A stretch of 64,000 bases of DNA from Verrucomicrobiia bacterium (GCA_040380225.1 JBEIJN010000003.1:26306-90305); one strand, 5' to 3'. Positions 17,296 through 26,037 are shown, counted from the stretch's first letter. The notes: generated from the letters alone by a model not told the origin. Made by a program: numbers and translations.

Positions 17296-17724
17296 ATGGA
17301 AATCGAACCTCCCATTCCCTTCGAGAAGCGCACCAGCCTGCGCCTCCCGCTCGTCTCTGCCTCCGTGGAGGCCGGTTTTCCTTCTCCCGCCGACGATCAT
17401 CTGGAGCGGGGAATCGATCTCAATGAGGAACTGATCCGCAATCCCGCCGCGACCTTTCTGGTCAGGGTGAAGGGGGAATCCATGAGGGATGCCGGGATCC
17501 ACTCAGGGGATACCCTGATCGTTGATAAATCCGTCACCCCGGCGGATCGCCAGATCGTCGTGGCGATGATCGACGGAGAGTTCACCGTGAAGCGTTTCCG
17601 AAAGGTGAACGGGCGGGTCTTTCTGGAGGCCGCCAATTCATCTTTTGCCCCGATTGAGGTAGGAGAGGATCAGGAACTCACGATATGGGGCGCAGTCACC
17701 TACATCATCCATCAGGCGCGGTGA
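17296..17724 (+). CDS. umuD: Translesion polymerase V autoproteolytic subunit UmuD (S24 peptidase)
   Basis: AGFPSPA cleavage-region motif, GESMRDAGI (catalytic Ser) and a later Lys (TVKRF). It sits directly upstream of umuC. Confidence 0.85.
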   Translation: MEIEPPIPFEKRTSLRLPLVSASVEAGFPSPADDHLERGIDLNEELIRNPAATFLVRVKGESMRDAGIHSGDTLIVDKSVTPADRQIVVAMIDGEFTVKRFRKVNGRVFLEAANSSFAPIEVGEDQELTIWGAVTYIIHQAR

Positions 17725-17885
17725 GGAGCCGGGGAGTCGATAGACGACGGTCGAGAGTCGAGAGCATGGCTATGGCATGGCTACGGCGTGGCTGAAAGAG
17801 ACAAATCAAATGGCGCTGCTTGCTTTCCTGAATCGGGATTCAGAATCCTCTCGTCAGCGGAAGAGCGGGGTGGTGATGATCATCC

Positions 17886-19172
17886 ATGGCTCCCATGCCC
17901 CGCCTAGCTCTGGTAGATTGCAATAACTTCTTCTGCTCGTGCGAGCGGGTCTTTAACCCCGCCCTGAACGGGAAGCCCGTGGTGGTTCTCTCCAACAACG
18001 ACGGATGCATCATCTCCCGGAGTGAAGAGGCCAAGGCTCTTGGGATTCCCATGGGAGCGCCCCTGCACGAACAGCAGGAGGTGATCCGGAAACACGATGT
18101 CCGCGTCTTCAGTAGCAACTACACGCTCTACGGGGACATGTCTGCCAGGGTGATGTCGATACTCCGCGACGAGGTTCCCGCCATCGAGGTCTACTCCATT
18201 GATGAAGCGTTCCTGCGGCTTCCTTCGGACTTCACCGAGGAGCATGCCCGCGCACTCCGGGCAAAGGTGCTGCAATGGACGGGGATCCCGGTCTGCATCG
18301 GGATCGGCACCACGAAACTCCTGGCCAAGCTTGCCAACCGTCACGCCAAGAAGAACAAGGCCCTTACCGGCGGAGTCTTTGACCTTCCAAACAGCTGGGA
18401 TCCCGACGGCATCATGGCCGCCACTCCCTCCGATGGCCTCTGGGGTGTGGGGAAGAACCTGGCCCATCGTCTCAAGGGAATGGGCGTAACGACGGCCTTG
18501 GAATTCAAGCAGGCCGACCCTGCCGCCATCCGCAAGAGCCTGGGAGTGGTGGGGGAACGCCTTCTCCGTGAACTCAATGGCATTCCCTGCCTGGAACTCG
18601 AGGAGATGCCGCCGGATCGGAAGGGCGTGATGGCGAGTCGTTCCTTCGGCAGTGCCGTGGAGTCTGTCGAGGAACTGGAAGAGGCGCTTGCCAACCACGT
18701 GGCCCGGGCCGGGGAGAAGATCCGCCGATTCGGACTGCTTGCCACTCGCATGGAGGTATTCCTCCGGACGAACCCCTTCAGGAAGGATGAGCGTCAGTAT
18801 TCACCCGGGATCGGGATCACCCTGGAGCGCCCCACGCACTCCACAGCGGAGTTGATGACCTCGGCCCGTGCTCTCCTGCATCGGATCTACCGTCCCGGCT
18901 ACCGCTACAAGAAGACCGGAGTCTATCTCGCCAACCTCGTGAGCGAGGATGAGTATCAGCCAGGACTCTTTGACCGCCCACGGAGCTCCGGGATCGACGT
19001 GGATCGGATCGTGGACGAGATCAACCGGAGGCTTGGAGATCCCAAGAACCCGGTCATTACCCGCGCCTCCCAAGGGACCGACCGATCTGGAAAAGGATGG
19101 AAGATGCGTAGTGAGAGACATTCCCCCCACTACACCACCGACTGGCGGGAGTTGCCTGTGGCGAGGATCTGA
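17886..19172 (+). CDS. umuC: Y-family DNA polymerase V catalytic subunit UmuC
   Basis: LVDCNNFFCSCERVF...PVVVLSNNDGC, SIDEAFL, and a Y-family little-finger region. The start could be the second Met (17895). Confidence 0.85.
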   Translation: MAPMPRLALVDCNNFFCSCERVFNPALNGKPVVVLSNNDGCIISRSEEAKALGIPMGAPLHEQQEVIRKHDVRVFSSNYTLYGDMSARVMSILRDEVPAIEVYSIDEAFLRLPSDFTEEHARALRAKVLQWTGIPVCIGIGTTKLLAKLANRHAKKNKALTGGVFDLPNSWDPDGIMAATPSDGLWGVGKNLAHRLKGMGVTTALEFKQADPAAIRKSLGVVGERLLRELNGIPCLELEEMPPDRKGVMASRSFGSAVESVEELEEALANHVARAGEKIRRFGLLATRMEVFLRTNPFRKDERQYSPGIGITLERPTHSTAELMTSARALLHRIYRPGYRYKKTGVYLANLVSEDEYQPGLFDRPRSSGIDVDRIVDEINRRLGDPKNPVITRASQGTDRSGKGWKMRSERHSPHYTTDWRELPVARI

Positions 19173-19280
19173 TGGGAGGGCCCAGCCAATTGGGCAAAAG
19201 GCGCGTGGGAACGCGGCTTAATCATACCGAAGGTAGTCCGATCCCGCGCCTGCGGGAGAGAAGCAAGCTCCACGGATGGA

Positions 19281-19348
19281 GCGCGGAAGATCACGCGAAT
19301 GCGTGACCCGGAGGGCGGCACCGCTTTGCGGGCGCAAAGTGCCGTCAA
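19281..19348. repeat. REP-like three-hairpin module, copy 2
   Basis: GCGGAAGA, then TCACGC/GCGTGA hairpin, then CCC-GGA-GGG, then GGCGGCACCGCTTTGCGGGCGCAAAGTGCCGTCAA. The last 35 nt are identical to copy 3. Confidence 0.8.
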
Positions 19349-19366
19349 CCAAGCCGCTGGGGAGCG

Positions 19367-19434
19367 GTGCGGAAGACTACCGCAGGTAGCCCCGTGAGGG
19401 GCGGCACCGCTTTGCGGGCGCAAAGTGCCGTCAA
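19367..19434. repeat. REP-like three-hairpin module, copy 3 (tandem with copy 2, period 86 bp)
   Basis: GCGGAAGA, then CTACC/GGTAG hairpin, then GCCCC-GTGA-GGGGC, then the identical 35-mer 19400-19434. Confidence 0.8.
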
Positions 19435-19693
19435 TGCCTGGTCGGGGACGACCGGCAGATAATTGGGCTGTTGGGATCGGAAGTAGACGCTAGGGGGTTA
19501 GGCTCTAGGCTTCTAGGATCTGAAGAGAGACTTTCCCTCAATTTGTTAATCAGATTGCCTGGCGCCATCTTGGTGAACGCTCCGGATCTGTTGCCATGGT
19601 TCCATTGCACAATCCGGGGTAATCGAAAAAGGCCGATCGAGCCGTTCCTTCGTTGCCCCGGGGAGTGCGGTATGATACTCAATTCCTTTGGCA

Positions 19694-19765
19694 GACCCCG
19701 TAGTTCAACGGATAGAATAGGAGTTTCCTAAACTCTAGATGGTGGTTCGATTCCACCCGGGGTCA
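19694..19765 (+). tRNA. tRNA-Arg (anticodon CCT)
   Basis: Manual cloverleaf: acceptor GACCCCG/CGGGGTC, D arm GTTC..GAAT, anticodon stem GGAGT/ACTCT with loop TTCCTAA, T arm GGTGG-TTCGATT-CCACC, discriminator A. CCA is not encoded. Confidence 0.9.
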
Positions 19766-19769
19766 GTTT

Positions 19770-20231
19770 TTATGGTTCCGGGTCAGATTCCGGTTGAGCC
19801 GTCGTGCTCTTTGCAGTCGTGGTCTTTGCAGTCGTGGTCTTTGCAGTTGTCGCCTTTGCAGTTGAGGTCTTTGCAGTCGTGGCCGCTGTAGCCGCTGGCT
19901 TGGGTTCGGGCTTCAGGTTAATGGTCATGGTTTGGGCCTTTTGCTTGGCTTCCATCATCTTCATTCCCTTGGCGGAGAAGGCCCTTTCGTAGAGTTTCCT
20001 CAGGTCAACCTCGCTGATTCCGTAGACGTCACTTAGATTCAGGCTTGGGAGGTCGGTCTTGAGGGCTTCAAAATGTTCTTTGAACACCTCCTTCTGGGCC
20101 TCGACTTTTGCTTTCTTGTCATCTTCTTCTTTCTTCAGATCTGCGGCGGTTTTTACTTTGGTTGCCGCGTTCAGCGGGGAGGCAGTGATTGCAAGAAGGA
20201 GGGGGCAGATAATGAGGAGGATGTGTTTCAT
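19770..20231 (-). CDS. Secreted protein with a C-terminal (T/A)TAKT tandem repeat
   Basis: Start at MKHILLIICPLLLAITASPLNA (signal peptide). The C-terminus reads TAKTSTAKATTAKTTTAKTTTAKSTTA, encoded by 15-bp tandem repeats at about 19800-19880. Confidence 0.6.
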   Translation of the reverse strand: MKHILLIICPLLLAITASPLNAATKVKTAADLKKEEDDKKAKVEAQKEVFKEHFEALKTDLPSLNLSDVYGISEVDLRKLYERAFSAKGMKMMEAKQKAQTMTINLKPEPKPAATAATTAKTSTAKATTAKTTTAKTTTAKSTTAQPESDPEP

Positions 20232-20298
20232 GATACGCTTCGGTAAGATTGGACGGGAAATTGAGCGGGTCACTGTCAACAATTCTTCCATTCATTGC

Positions 20299-21602
20299 CA
20301 CAAGCGTCCGGTTATAAGTCCCACAGCATCAGCTGGTTATTTTTGTGAGGCATATAAGGTTTGAAGTCGGTTTCTGTAAGTAGTTCATGGATAGGCACCT
20401 TCTCAAAGGGATGAATGCTCAAAAGCTGGAAGGTTCTGTGGAGTCTGCCGGGGAGTTGGAGCTGCTTGTGAAGGATGGCCACCATGAGGTAAACAGCGAC
20501 CGCGATCCAGATCTGGGACTTCACCGCATTGGGGCTCGTACCGAAGTAGTGTTTGATGCGCAGGTGGCCTTTGATCCATTTGAAGAAGAGTTCGATCTGC
20601 CATCGCGACTTGTAGAGCTTGGCCACTGTAAGTGCCGGGATCTCCAGGTTGTTGGTGAGGAAGACAAGATGCTTGGCGGTCTCCTTGTCGAAGTAGCGCA
20701 CCCTGCGCAGAGGATATGGGAAGTCGGCTGCCGCTTTGGGAAGCGATGGAGATCCAATTTGATCGCTGAGAACACCCTCCAAGCAATCCCGAGAAAGCGA
20801 CCGATGACGGGTAAAGCGAAGATTGCTCTTGGCCCTCGTGACGAAGAAGGAGCCCGCCTGAACGATACGAGCAAGTCGTGCAAAATCCATGTAGCCGCGA
20901 TCCATCACATAGAAGGCCCCTGCCTCGAAGAGCAGGTTGTCGAGCAAGTGAAAATCGGCCTTGCGGGCTCCCGTGATGTGGATGCAGGTCGGGATAGGGC
21001 CTCTCAAATCGAGCTGGGTATGCATCTTGATCCCGGCCTTGGTGCTTCGGAAATCTGCCCATGGGAAGAGACTCAGCGAGAGATCGATGGTGGTGGAGTC
21101 GAGGGCATAAACCGTGTTCTCCAGTTCCAATCCAAGATCCTCTCCGGCGTAGAGAACACGCGCCTTGCGCATGAGGCCTTTGGCGAGATCTTCCCAGAGC
21201 CTCCAGTCCCGTTGCTCGTTGGCATCGGCCAAGGTGGACTTGGCAACTCTCTCTCGAAAACCAAGATGGTAGAGAGCTTCGCCCCGTGCGTTGAGACAGG
21301 TGGCGATATCCCTCAGACCTTCCCTCCAGGTCAGTTGCGCAAAGGCCATGCAGATCAACTGCTGTCGACAACCAAAATGCCGAACCTTGCTCTCCGCGTC
21401 GTAGCGTTGGACCAGCCTTTCGAGCGTCTGCCGATGAACGAGTTGGAGGACTTGGGAGAGGATGTAGCGGCCAGAGTTCATGGCCAAGTATCCTTAAAAA
21501 CTGCCGCTCAAAGTTCAAATGCGTCACATCCATTTTGGAACGCAAGTCACTCATCTTGAAGAATTAACAAAAACCAATCACCCTCTCAACCGGACACTAG
21601 TG
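20299..21602 (-). mobile_element. IS4-family insertion sequence (1304 bp) with imperfect TIRs and a 9-bp target-site duplication
   Basis: The left end CACAAGCGTCCGGTTATAAG matches the reverse complement of the right end, CACTAGTGTCCGGTTGAGAG (16 of 20). ATTCATTGC is duplicated at 20290-20298 and 21603-21611. Confidence 0.9.
20312..21487 (-). CDS. IS4-family DDE transposase (DUF4372 N-terminal domain plus DDE_Tnp_1)
   Basis: 391 aa. The N-terminus (LSQVLQLVHRQTLERLVQRYDAESKVRHFGCRQQLICMAFAQL) and the C-terminal YKSRWQIELFFKWIKGHL motif are typical of IS4-group transposases. Confidence 0.9.
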   Translation of the reverse strand: MAMNSGRYILSQVLQLVHRQTLERLVQRYDAESKVRHFGCRQQLICMAFAQLTWREGLRDIATCLNARGEALYHLGFRERVAKSTLADANEQRDWRLWEDLAKGLMRKARVLYAGEDLGLELENTVYALDSTTIDLSLSLFPWADFRSTKAGIKMHTQLDLRGPIPTCIHITGARKADFHLLDNLLFEAGAFYVMDRGYMDFARLARIVQAGSFFVTRAKSNLRFTRHRSLSRDCLEGVLSDQIGSPSLPKAAADFPYPLRRVRYFDKETAKHLVFLTNNLEIPALTVAKLYKSRWQIELFFKWIKGHLRIKHYFGTSPNAVKSQIWIAVAVYLMVAILHKQLQLPGRLHRTFQLLSIHPFEKVPIHELLTETDFKPYMPHKNNQLMLWDL

Positions 21603-21822
21603 ATTCATTGCAAAAAGATACTGTGGCTCCTGAAAGTGGTTCCTGCAGGAAAATGAGAGAAGAGAAATGGGGGGGGGTTGCTGAAATCCAGAGCGCTCCA
21701 AATGGCTGTGATGCAAAAAAGCAGGCTCCTAAGGAATTCCCTAAGGAAGCCTGCCCTCAATGTGTCGCGCCAGGGTAACCCTACGCCAGGCGATCCGTGT
21801 TTCCCCACAGGGGAGGATAACT

Positions 21823-22737
21823 TTAGCAGATTTTCCCGCGCTTGCCGTCGGGGCCGTGGCCGATCGGGTTCTCTCCCACCCAGCGTTCGTCAACGGGTTC
21901 GTCGGACCGCTGGTAGCGTGTGTCGGTGGAGAGGCGGATGCGCTGGGTTGTGTTGTCGATGCTGCCGTGGATGGTGTCCATGCGGAAGGTGAGCAGGTCG
22001 CCGGGCTGGAACTCGGAGGTGAGCCAGCGTCCACCGAATTTCTGACGGAGCGATACGGGGTTGTTGGTGAGGGCGCCGCCATGCTTCCATCCATCGTGTC
22101 CGGGGATGTTGGTGCAGCTCGTGTCGACGTCCGACTCGAGGTAGTTCTTGATGCGGTCGGCCTGGAGATGGGATTTTTCCAGGATCATGAGCCCGCCGAC
22201 TTCGAGCGGAACTTCGCCGTAGGGGATCCAGGCGGTGTAGAGGCGATGAGTCCCGCGCCCCATGTAGACGATGTCGCAATGCGGGGGTGTGCCGTGACCG
22301 CAACCCATGGTGCGGAGCCAGACATAGTCGAAGTGGCGGATCGTGCCGCCGAGGAAGCGCGAGTAGAACTCATGGACTTCGGGGCCGAAGACGACGCGGT
22401 CCAGCGTCGGTTGGTTTTTCCAGGCGGTTTCGTTGAATTGCGGATGGATGCCCTTTTTCAGGATTCCGTCGAGAAGCGGGTGGCCCGGTTCAAAAATCTC
22501 TCCGGCCTCCAGCGTTTTCAGCAGTGCCTTGCGGGCCTCGAGGATGATGTCGCGATTGAAAAATCCCTTGATGTAGAGGTAGCCGTTCTCGTCCATGCGT
22601 TGCTGGAGAGCCTCGGCGTCGTGACGGATGGACGAGGAGTCCTCGAGCCATCCGAATGAGTGCTCGTCGGTTTCCAGTTCATGACCGATCGAGGTGAGGG
22701 TGCGGTTGACAATGCTGGAACGCTCTGTTGTTTGCAT
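21823..22737 (-). CDS. Phytanoyl-CoA dioxygenase (PhyH) family Fe(II)/2-oxoglutarate oxygenase
   Basis: Start at MQTTERS. Contains a HxD facial-triad region (PPHCDIVYMG) and a later TIHGSIDN. It is divergent from an AraC regulator. Confidence 0.7.
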   Translation of the reverse strand: MQTTERSSIVNRTLTSIGHELETDEHSFGWLEDSSSIRHDAEALQQRMDENGYLYIKGFFNRDIILEARKALLKTLEAGEIFEPGHPLLDGILKKGIHPQFNETAWKNQPTLDRVVFGPEVHEFYSRFLGGTIRHFDYVWLRTMGCGHGTPPHCDIVYMGRGTHRLYTAWIPYGEVPLEVGGLMILEKSHLQADRIKNYLESDVDTSCTNIPGHDGWKHGGALTNNPVSLRQKFGGRWLTSEFQPGDLLTFRMDTIHGSIDNTTQRIRLSTDTRYQRSDEPVDERWVGENPIGHGPDGKRGKIC

Positions 22738-22808
22738 GGTGGATATATCGCAGGGAGAGGGATTTTTTGGAATGGTCTCCTTGGTAAAAAACATGTAGAT
22801 AATGGTAT

Positions 22809-23648
22809 ATGAAGTTGCCTGCACTTGAGCGTTGGAAGTCCACCATGCCGGGTTTGCCCCGAGGCTCCTCGCCATTGGGAAACCTTACCATTGCTGGCAC
22901 TCTTGCCGGATCGCGCGGCATTCAGCGTGATAAGCCACGAATCTTCGGGCAATGGGCATTAGTGTATCTTTTGGCAGGAGAGGGGAGTTATCATGATGAT
23001 CGCGGTACGGAAATGCCGGTGACGCCCGGTGATGTGATCCTGGTTTTTCCCGAACTCGCTCATTCCTACGGTCCGCCATCCGGTGGTGAATGGGACGAAC
23101 TCTATGTCTGCTTCCGCGGCCCGGTTTTCGAGGCATGGCGCGAGAGCGGGCTCTTTGATGTGCGGAGGCCTGTCTTTCCCTGGCTCTCTCCGGACCGAGG
23201 GCTCCCCCTCATGCAGGAGTTCTTCACCGCGCTAGGACGTCGGAGGATGACAATGCTCGAGGCAGTCGCGCAGTGGCAGTGTATGCTGGCACGGATCTTC
23301 GCACCACATTCGGAGGCATCCCGGGGGCAGGGTCATCCGGAGTGGGTCCTTCACGCTCTCGACATGCTGGAACGAACCACCGGAGAGAGTGATCGGCAGA
23401 TTCGGGCGATCGCCTCGGAATGCGGCATGGGTTACGAGAGCTTCCGGAAGCAATTCACGAAGATCGCGGGACAGCCTCCCGGTCGTTACGCGCTGGCTCG
23501 ACGGATCGAGCGTGCCCGATCGCTGCTTGCCAGGCACAGATTCACGAACAAGGAACTCGCCGATCTCCTCGGGTTCCATGACGAGTTCCACTTTGCCAAG
23601 ACCTTCAAGAAGATGACGGGAGTTACCCCCCGCCAACACAGCGGGTAA
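22809..23648 (+). CDS. AraC-family transcriptional regulator (cupin sensor plus HTH)
   Basis: N-terminal cupin-like region (PGDVILVFPELAHSYG) and a C-terminal double HTH (IASECGMGYESFRKQFTK...FHDEFHFAKTFKKMTGVTP). Confidence 0.85.
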   Translation: MKLPALERWKSTMPGLPRGSSPLGNLTIAGTLAGSRGIQRDKPRIFGQWALVYLLAGEGSYHDDRGTEMPVTPGDVILVFPELAHSYGPPSGGEWDELYVCFRGPVFEAWRESGLFDVRRPVFPWLSPDRGLPLMQEFFTALGRRRMTMLEAVAQWQCMLARIFAPHSEASRGQGHPEWVLHALDMLERTTGESDRQIRAIASECGMGYESFRKQFTKIAGQPPGRYALARRIERARSLLARHRFTNKELADLLGFHDEFHFAKTFKKMTGVTPRQHSG

Positions 23649-23696
23649 AGCTGAAGTCTCGGCGGTTAGCTTGAAGGTACTATCAACTTACCCCGA

Positions 23697-24806
23697 TCAA
23701 TAGACTTCCACCGGGGAGCGCTTTCCATCCTCGGGGCTGCGCTTGGCGGCTTCCTCGGCGCCAAGCACGTTGACCCGCAGATCCCAGACTCCCTGATCGA
23801 GTGCCTTGTAGTTTTCCTCCGTGAAGGTGGTCGGGGGAGGGAGCTTGGCCTTGAAGGCGGCGATGTTGGCAAGCGCACGGTCGATCTGCTCGGCCGGGCA
23901 TTTCTCCAGGACCTTGGCGGCCTGTTCGGCCAACTCGGTTCGATGGCAGATCATGAGGAGGTCGTTCCCCGCGGCAAGTCCGAGGCGGATCATCTCGTCG
24001 AAGCCGTAGTGATTCAGGATCGCCCCCATGTCGAGGTCGTCGGTCATGACCAGACCCTGGAATCCCATCTCCTCCCTCAGGAGTTTCGTGGTGACGGCCG
24101 GCGAGAGTGATGCGGGCATGCCGGAGGGGTCGAGTTCCTTGAAGGCGATGTGACCGATCATCATGCTGTCGACGGGATTCTGCCCGGTGCAGAAGCGGCG
24201 GAAGACTTTCAGTTCGTGGGCCTCCAGTTCGGTGCGGGGGCGGGGGAGGGCGGAGAGTTCGTGGTGAGGGTCGCTGGAGGCGCAGGAGTAGCCGGGGAAG
24301 TGCTTGCCGCAGGAGAGGACTCCGGTGGATCGCAGGGCTTGGTTGAAGACGCCGGCCATTTCGATGACCTGATCGGCGGTGGTGCCGTAGCAGCGGCCGC
24401 GCAGTGAGTTGTCGGCCTCGTCGTCGAAGGCAATGTCGAGGACGGGGCAGAGGTCGAGGTTGAATCCGAAGATCCGCAGCAGATGCCCCGTCAGCTCTCC
24501 GTGGCAGGCGATGAGTTCCATATCACCCTTGTCGCGGAGTTGGCGGGCGTTGGGGGGCTCGTTGCCGAGGAGCTTGAGGCGGGAGACGCGTCCACCCTCC
24601 TGATCGATCGTGATGATCGGCTCGATGTCGCTGAGTTCGCGGAGTCTGTCGGTCAGGGCGCGAAGCTGGGCCGGGGTCTGGATATTACGTCCGAAGAGGA
24701 TGAAGCCTCCCGGTTGGATGCGCCTGACGAAATCGGCATAGGCCTCGTCAATCTCGTAACCGGGGACACCTAGGAGCAGAAGTTGACCATGGGAGGGGCT
24801 TTTCAT
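23697..24806 (-). CDS. nagZ: Beta-N-acetylhexosaminidase NagZ (GH3)
   Basis: Start at MKSPSHGQLLLLGVPG. Contains IITIDQEGGRVSRL, KHFPGY, and the VMTDDLDMGA catalytic Asp region. Confidence 0.85.
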   Translation of the reverse strand: MKSPSHGQLLLLGVPGYEIDEAYADFVRRIQPGGFILFGRNIQTPAQLRALTDRLRELSDIEPIITIDQEGGRVSRLKLLGNEPPNARQLRDKGDMELIACHGELTGHLLRIFGFNLDLCPVLDIAFDDEADNSLRGRCYGTTADQVIEMAGVFNQALRSTGVLSCGKHFPGYSCASSDPHHELSALPRPRTELEAHELKVFRRFCTGQNPVDSMMIGHIAFKELDPSGMPASLSPAVTTKLLREEMGFQGLVMTDDLDMGAILNHYGFDEMIRLGLAAGNDLLMICHRTELAEQAAKVLEKCPAEQIDRALANIAAFKAKLPPPTTFTEENYKALDQGVWDLRVNVLGAEEAAKRSPEDGKRSPVEVY

Positions 24807-24843
24807 AGGTTGCAGAGAAACAGAACCCCTTCCTCCTGACGAA

Positions 24844-26037
24844 ATGATTCTTCCCATGCGCCGTATTCTTCCCTTCCTGCTTCTTCTCATGACAGCCTCT
24901 GTCCTCCCCGCACACGCCGTGGAACTCGGCATCGATGTCCTGCAGAAGAACAACTTCGATCTGCTGCGCGGCAAGCGGGTCGGGCTCGTGACCAACCAGA
25001 CCGGAGTGAACTCGGCCGGCGAGAAGACACGACTCATTCTCAAAAAGCATGTCAATCTTGTCGCCCTCTACACCCCGGAGCATGGGCTCGACGGGACCGA
25101 GAAGGCGGGCGTGGAGATCCGCTCGCGGAAGGATCCCCTGACAGGCCTGACCGCCTGGTCGCTCTATGGTGACACGCGGAAGCCGACCCCTCAGATGCTC
25201 GCGGGGATTGATGTGCTGGTCTTCGACATGCAGGATATCGGTTGCCGCAGCTACACCTACATCAGCACAATGGGCAAGTGCCTGCAGGCGTGCGCCGAAC
25301 AGGGGAAGGAATTCGTCATCTTGGATCGTCCCAATCCCCTCGGCGGCAACCGCGTCGAGGGCATGGGGATCGAACCGAAGTGGATTTCCTTCGTGGGACA
25401 GTTCCCGATCCCCTACGTCCACGGCATGACGATGGGCGAACTCGCCCTCATGGCCAATGCCAAGGGGTGGATGGGTCCCAAGGCCAATCTTCAGGTCGTG
25501 AAGATGCGTGGATGGACGCGCCCGATGACCTGGCCGATGACCGGTCTGCGCTGGGTGCCGACATCGCCGAATATCCCTCTGGCCATGTCCCCGAACTACT
25601 ACGTCATCACGGGTGTGGTGGGTGGTCTCGCCGGGGGGCTGGATCTCGGGCTCTTCTCACCGCGTGCCTTCCAGATCCTGGGGGCCAGTTGGATCAAGCC
25701 GCAGCTGACCTCCTATCTCCGTGCCAAGTGTCCCGGAATCGGAGTTGATCCCGTCCCGACGCCCTCCGGTCCCGGGGTTGTCTTCCATGCCAATCCCGAT
25801 GGTGGAGGAGACCTCTGTGCCGCAGCCCTCTACACCCTTGCCGAGTGCAACAGGCAGTCGCACGGCCTGATCTTCACGAAGGCCAATGCCGGGATGATGA
25901 ACCTTTTTTATAAGGTCTACGGCAGTGACTCGATCCGTCGGGATCTGGCAACCAAGAGACCGGAGCAGATCGTGGCCTCGTGGCAACCTTTCCTCTCCCG
26001 CTTCCGCGCGGAGAGACAACCCTTCCTGCTCTACTGA
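24844..26037 (+). CDS. DUF1343 family protein (exo-beta-N-acetylmuramidase NamZ-like), secreted
   Basis: Signal peptide, then GIDVLQKNNFDLLRGKRVGLVTNQTG...LYTPEHG...FDMQDIGCRSYTYIST, the DUF1343 signature. Confidence 0.8.
   Translation: MILPMRRILPFLLLLMTASVLPAHAVELGIDVLQKNNFDLLRGKRVGLVTNQTGVNSAGEKTRLILKKHVNLVALYTPEHGLDGTEKAGVEIRSRKDPLTGLTAWSLYGDTRKPTPQMLAGIDVLVFDMQDIGCRSYTYISTMGKCLQACAEQGKEFVILDRPNPLGGNRVEGMGIEPKWISFVGQFPIPYVHGMTMGELALMANAKGWMGPKANLQVVKMRGWTRPMTWPMTGLRWVPTSPNIPLAMSPNYYVITGVVGGLAGGLDLGLFSPRAFQILGASWIKPQLTSYLRAKCPGIGVDPVPTPSGPGVVFHANPDGGGDLCAAALYTLAECNRQSHGLIFTKANAGMMNLFYKVYGSDSIRRDLATKRPEQIVASWQPFLSRFRAERQPFLLY

Noticed and set aside
20387-21559. 390-aa plus-strand ORF and 383-aa minus-strand alternative frame within the IS.
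   Set aside because: They are antisense or out of frame relative to the transposase, which carries the recognisable DUF4372/DDE motifs. The alternatives are low-complexity.
19694-22800. A tRNA-Arg-anchored integrated island (tRNA, accessory genes, IS).
   Set aside because: I found no integrase gene. I also found no direct repeat of the tRNA 3' end downstream that would mark an att site. The accessory flavour is noted under the IS finding only.
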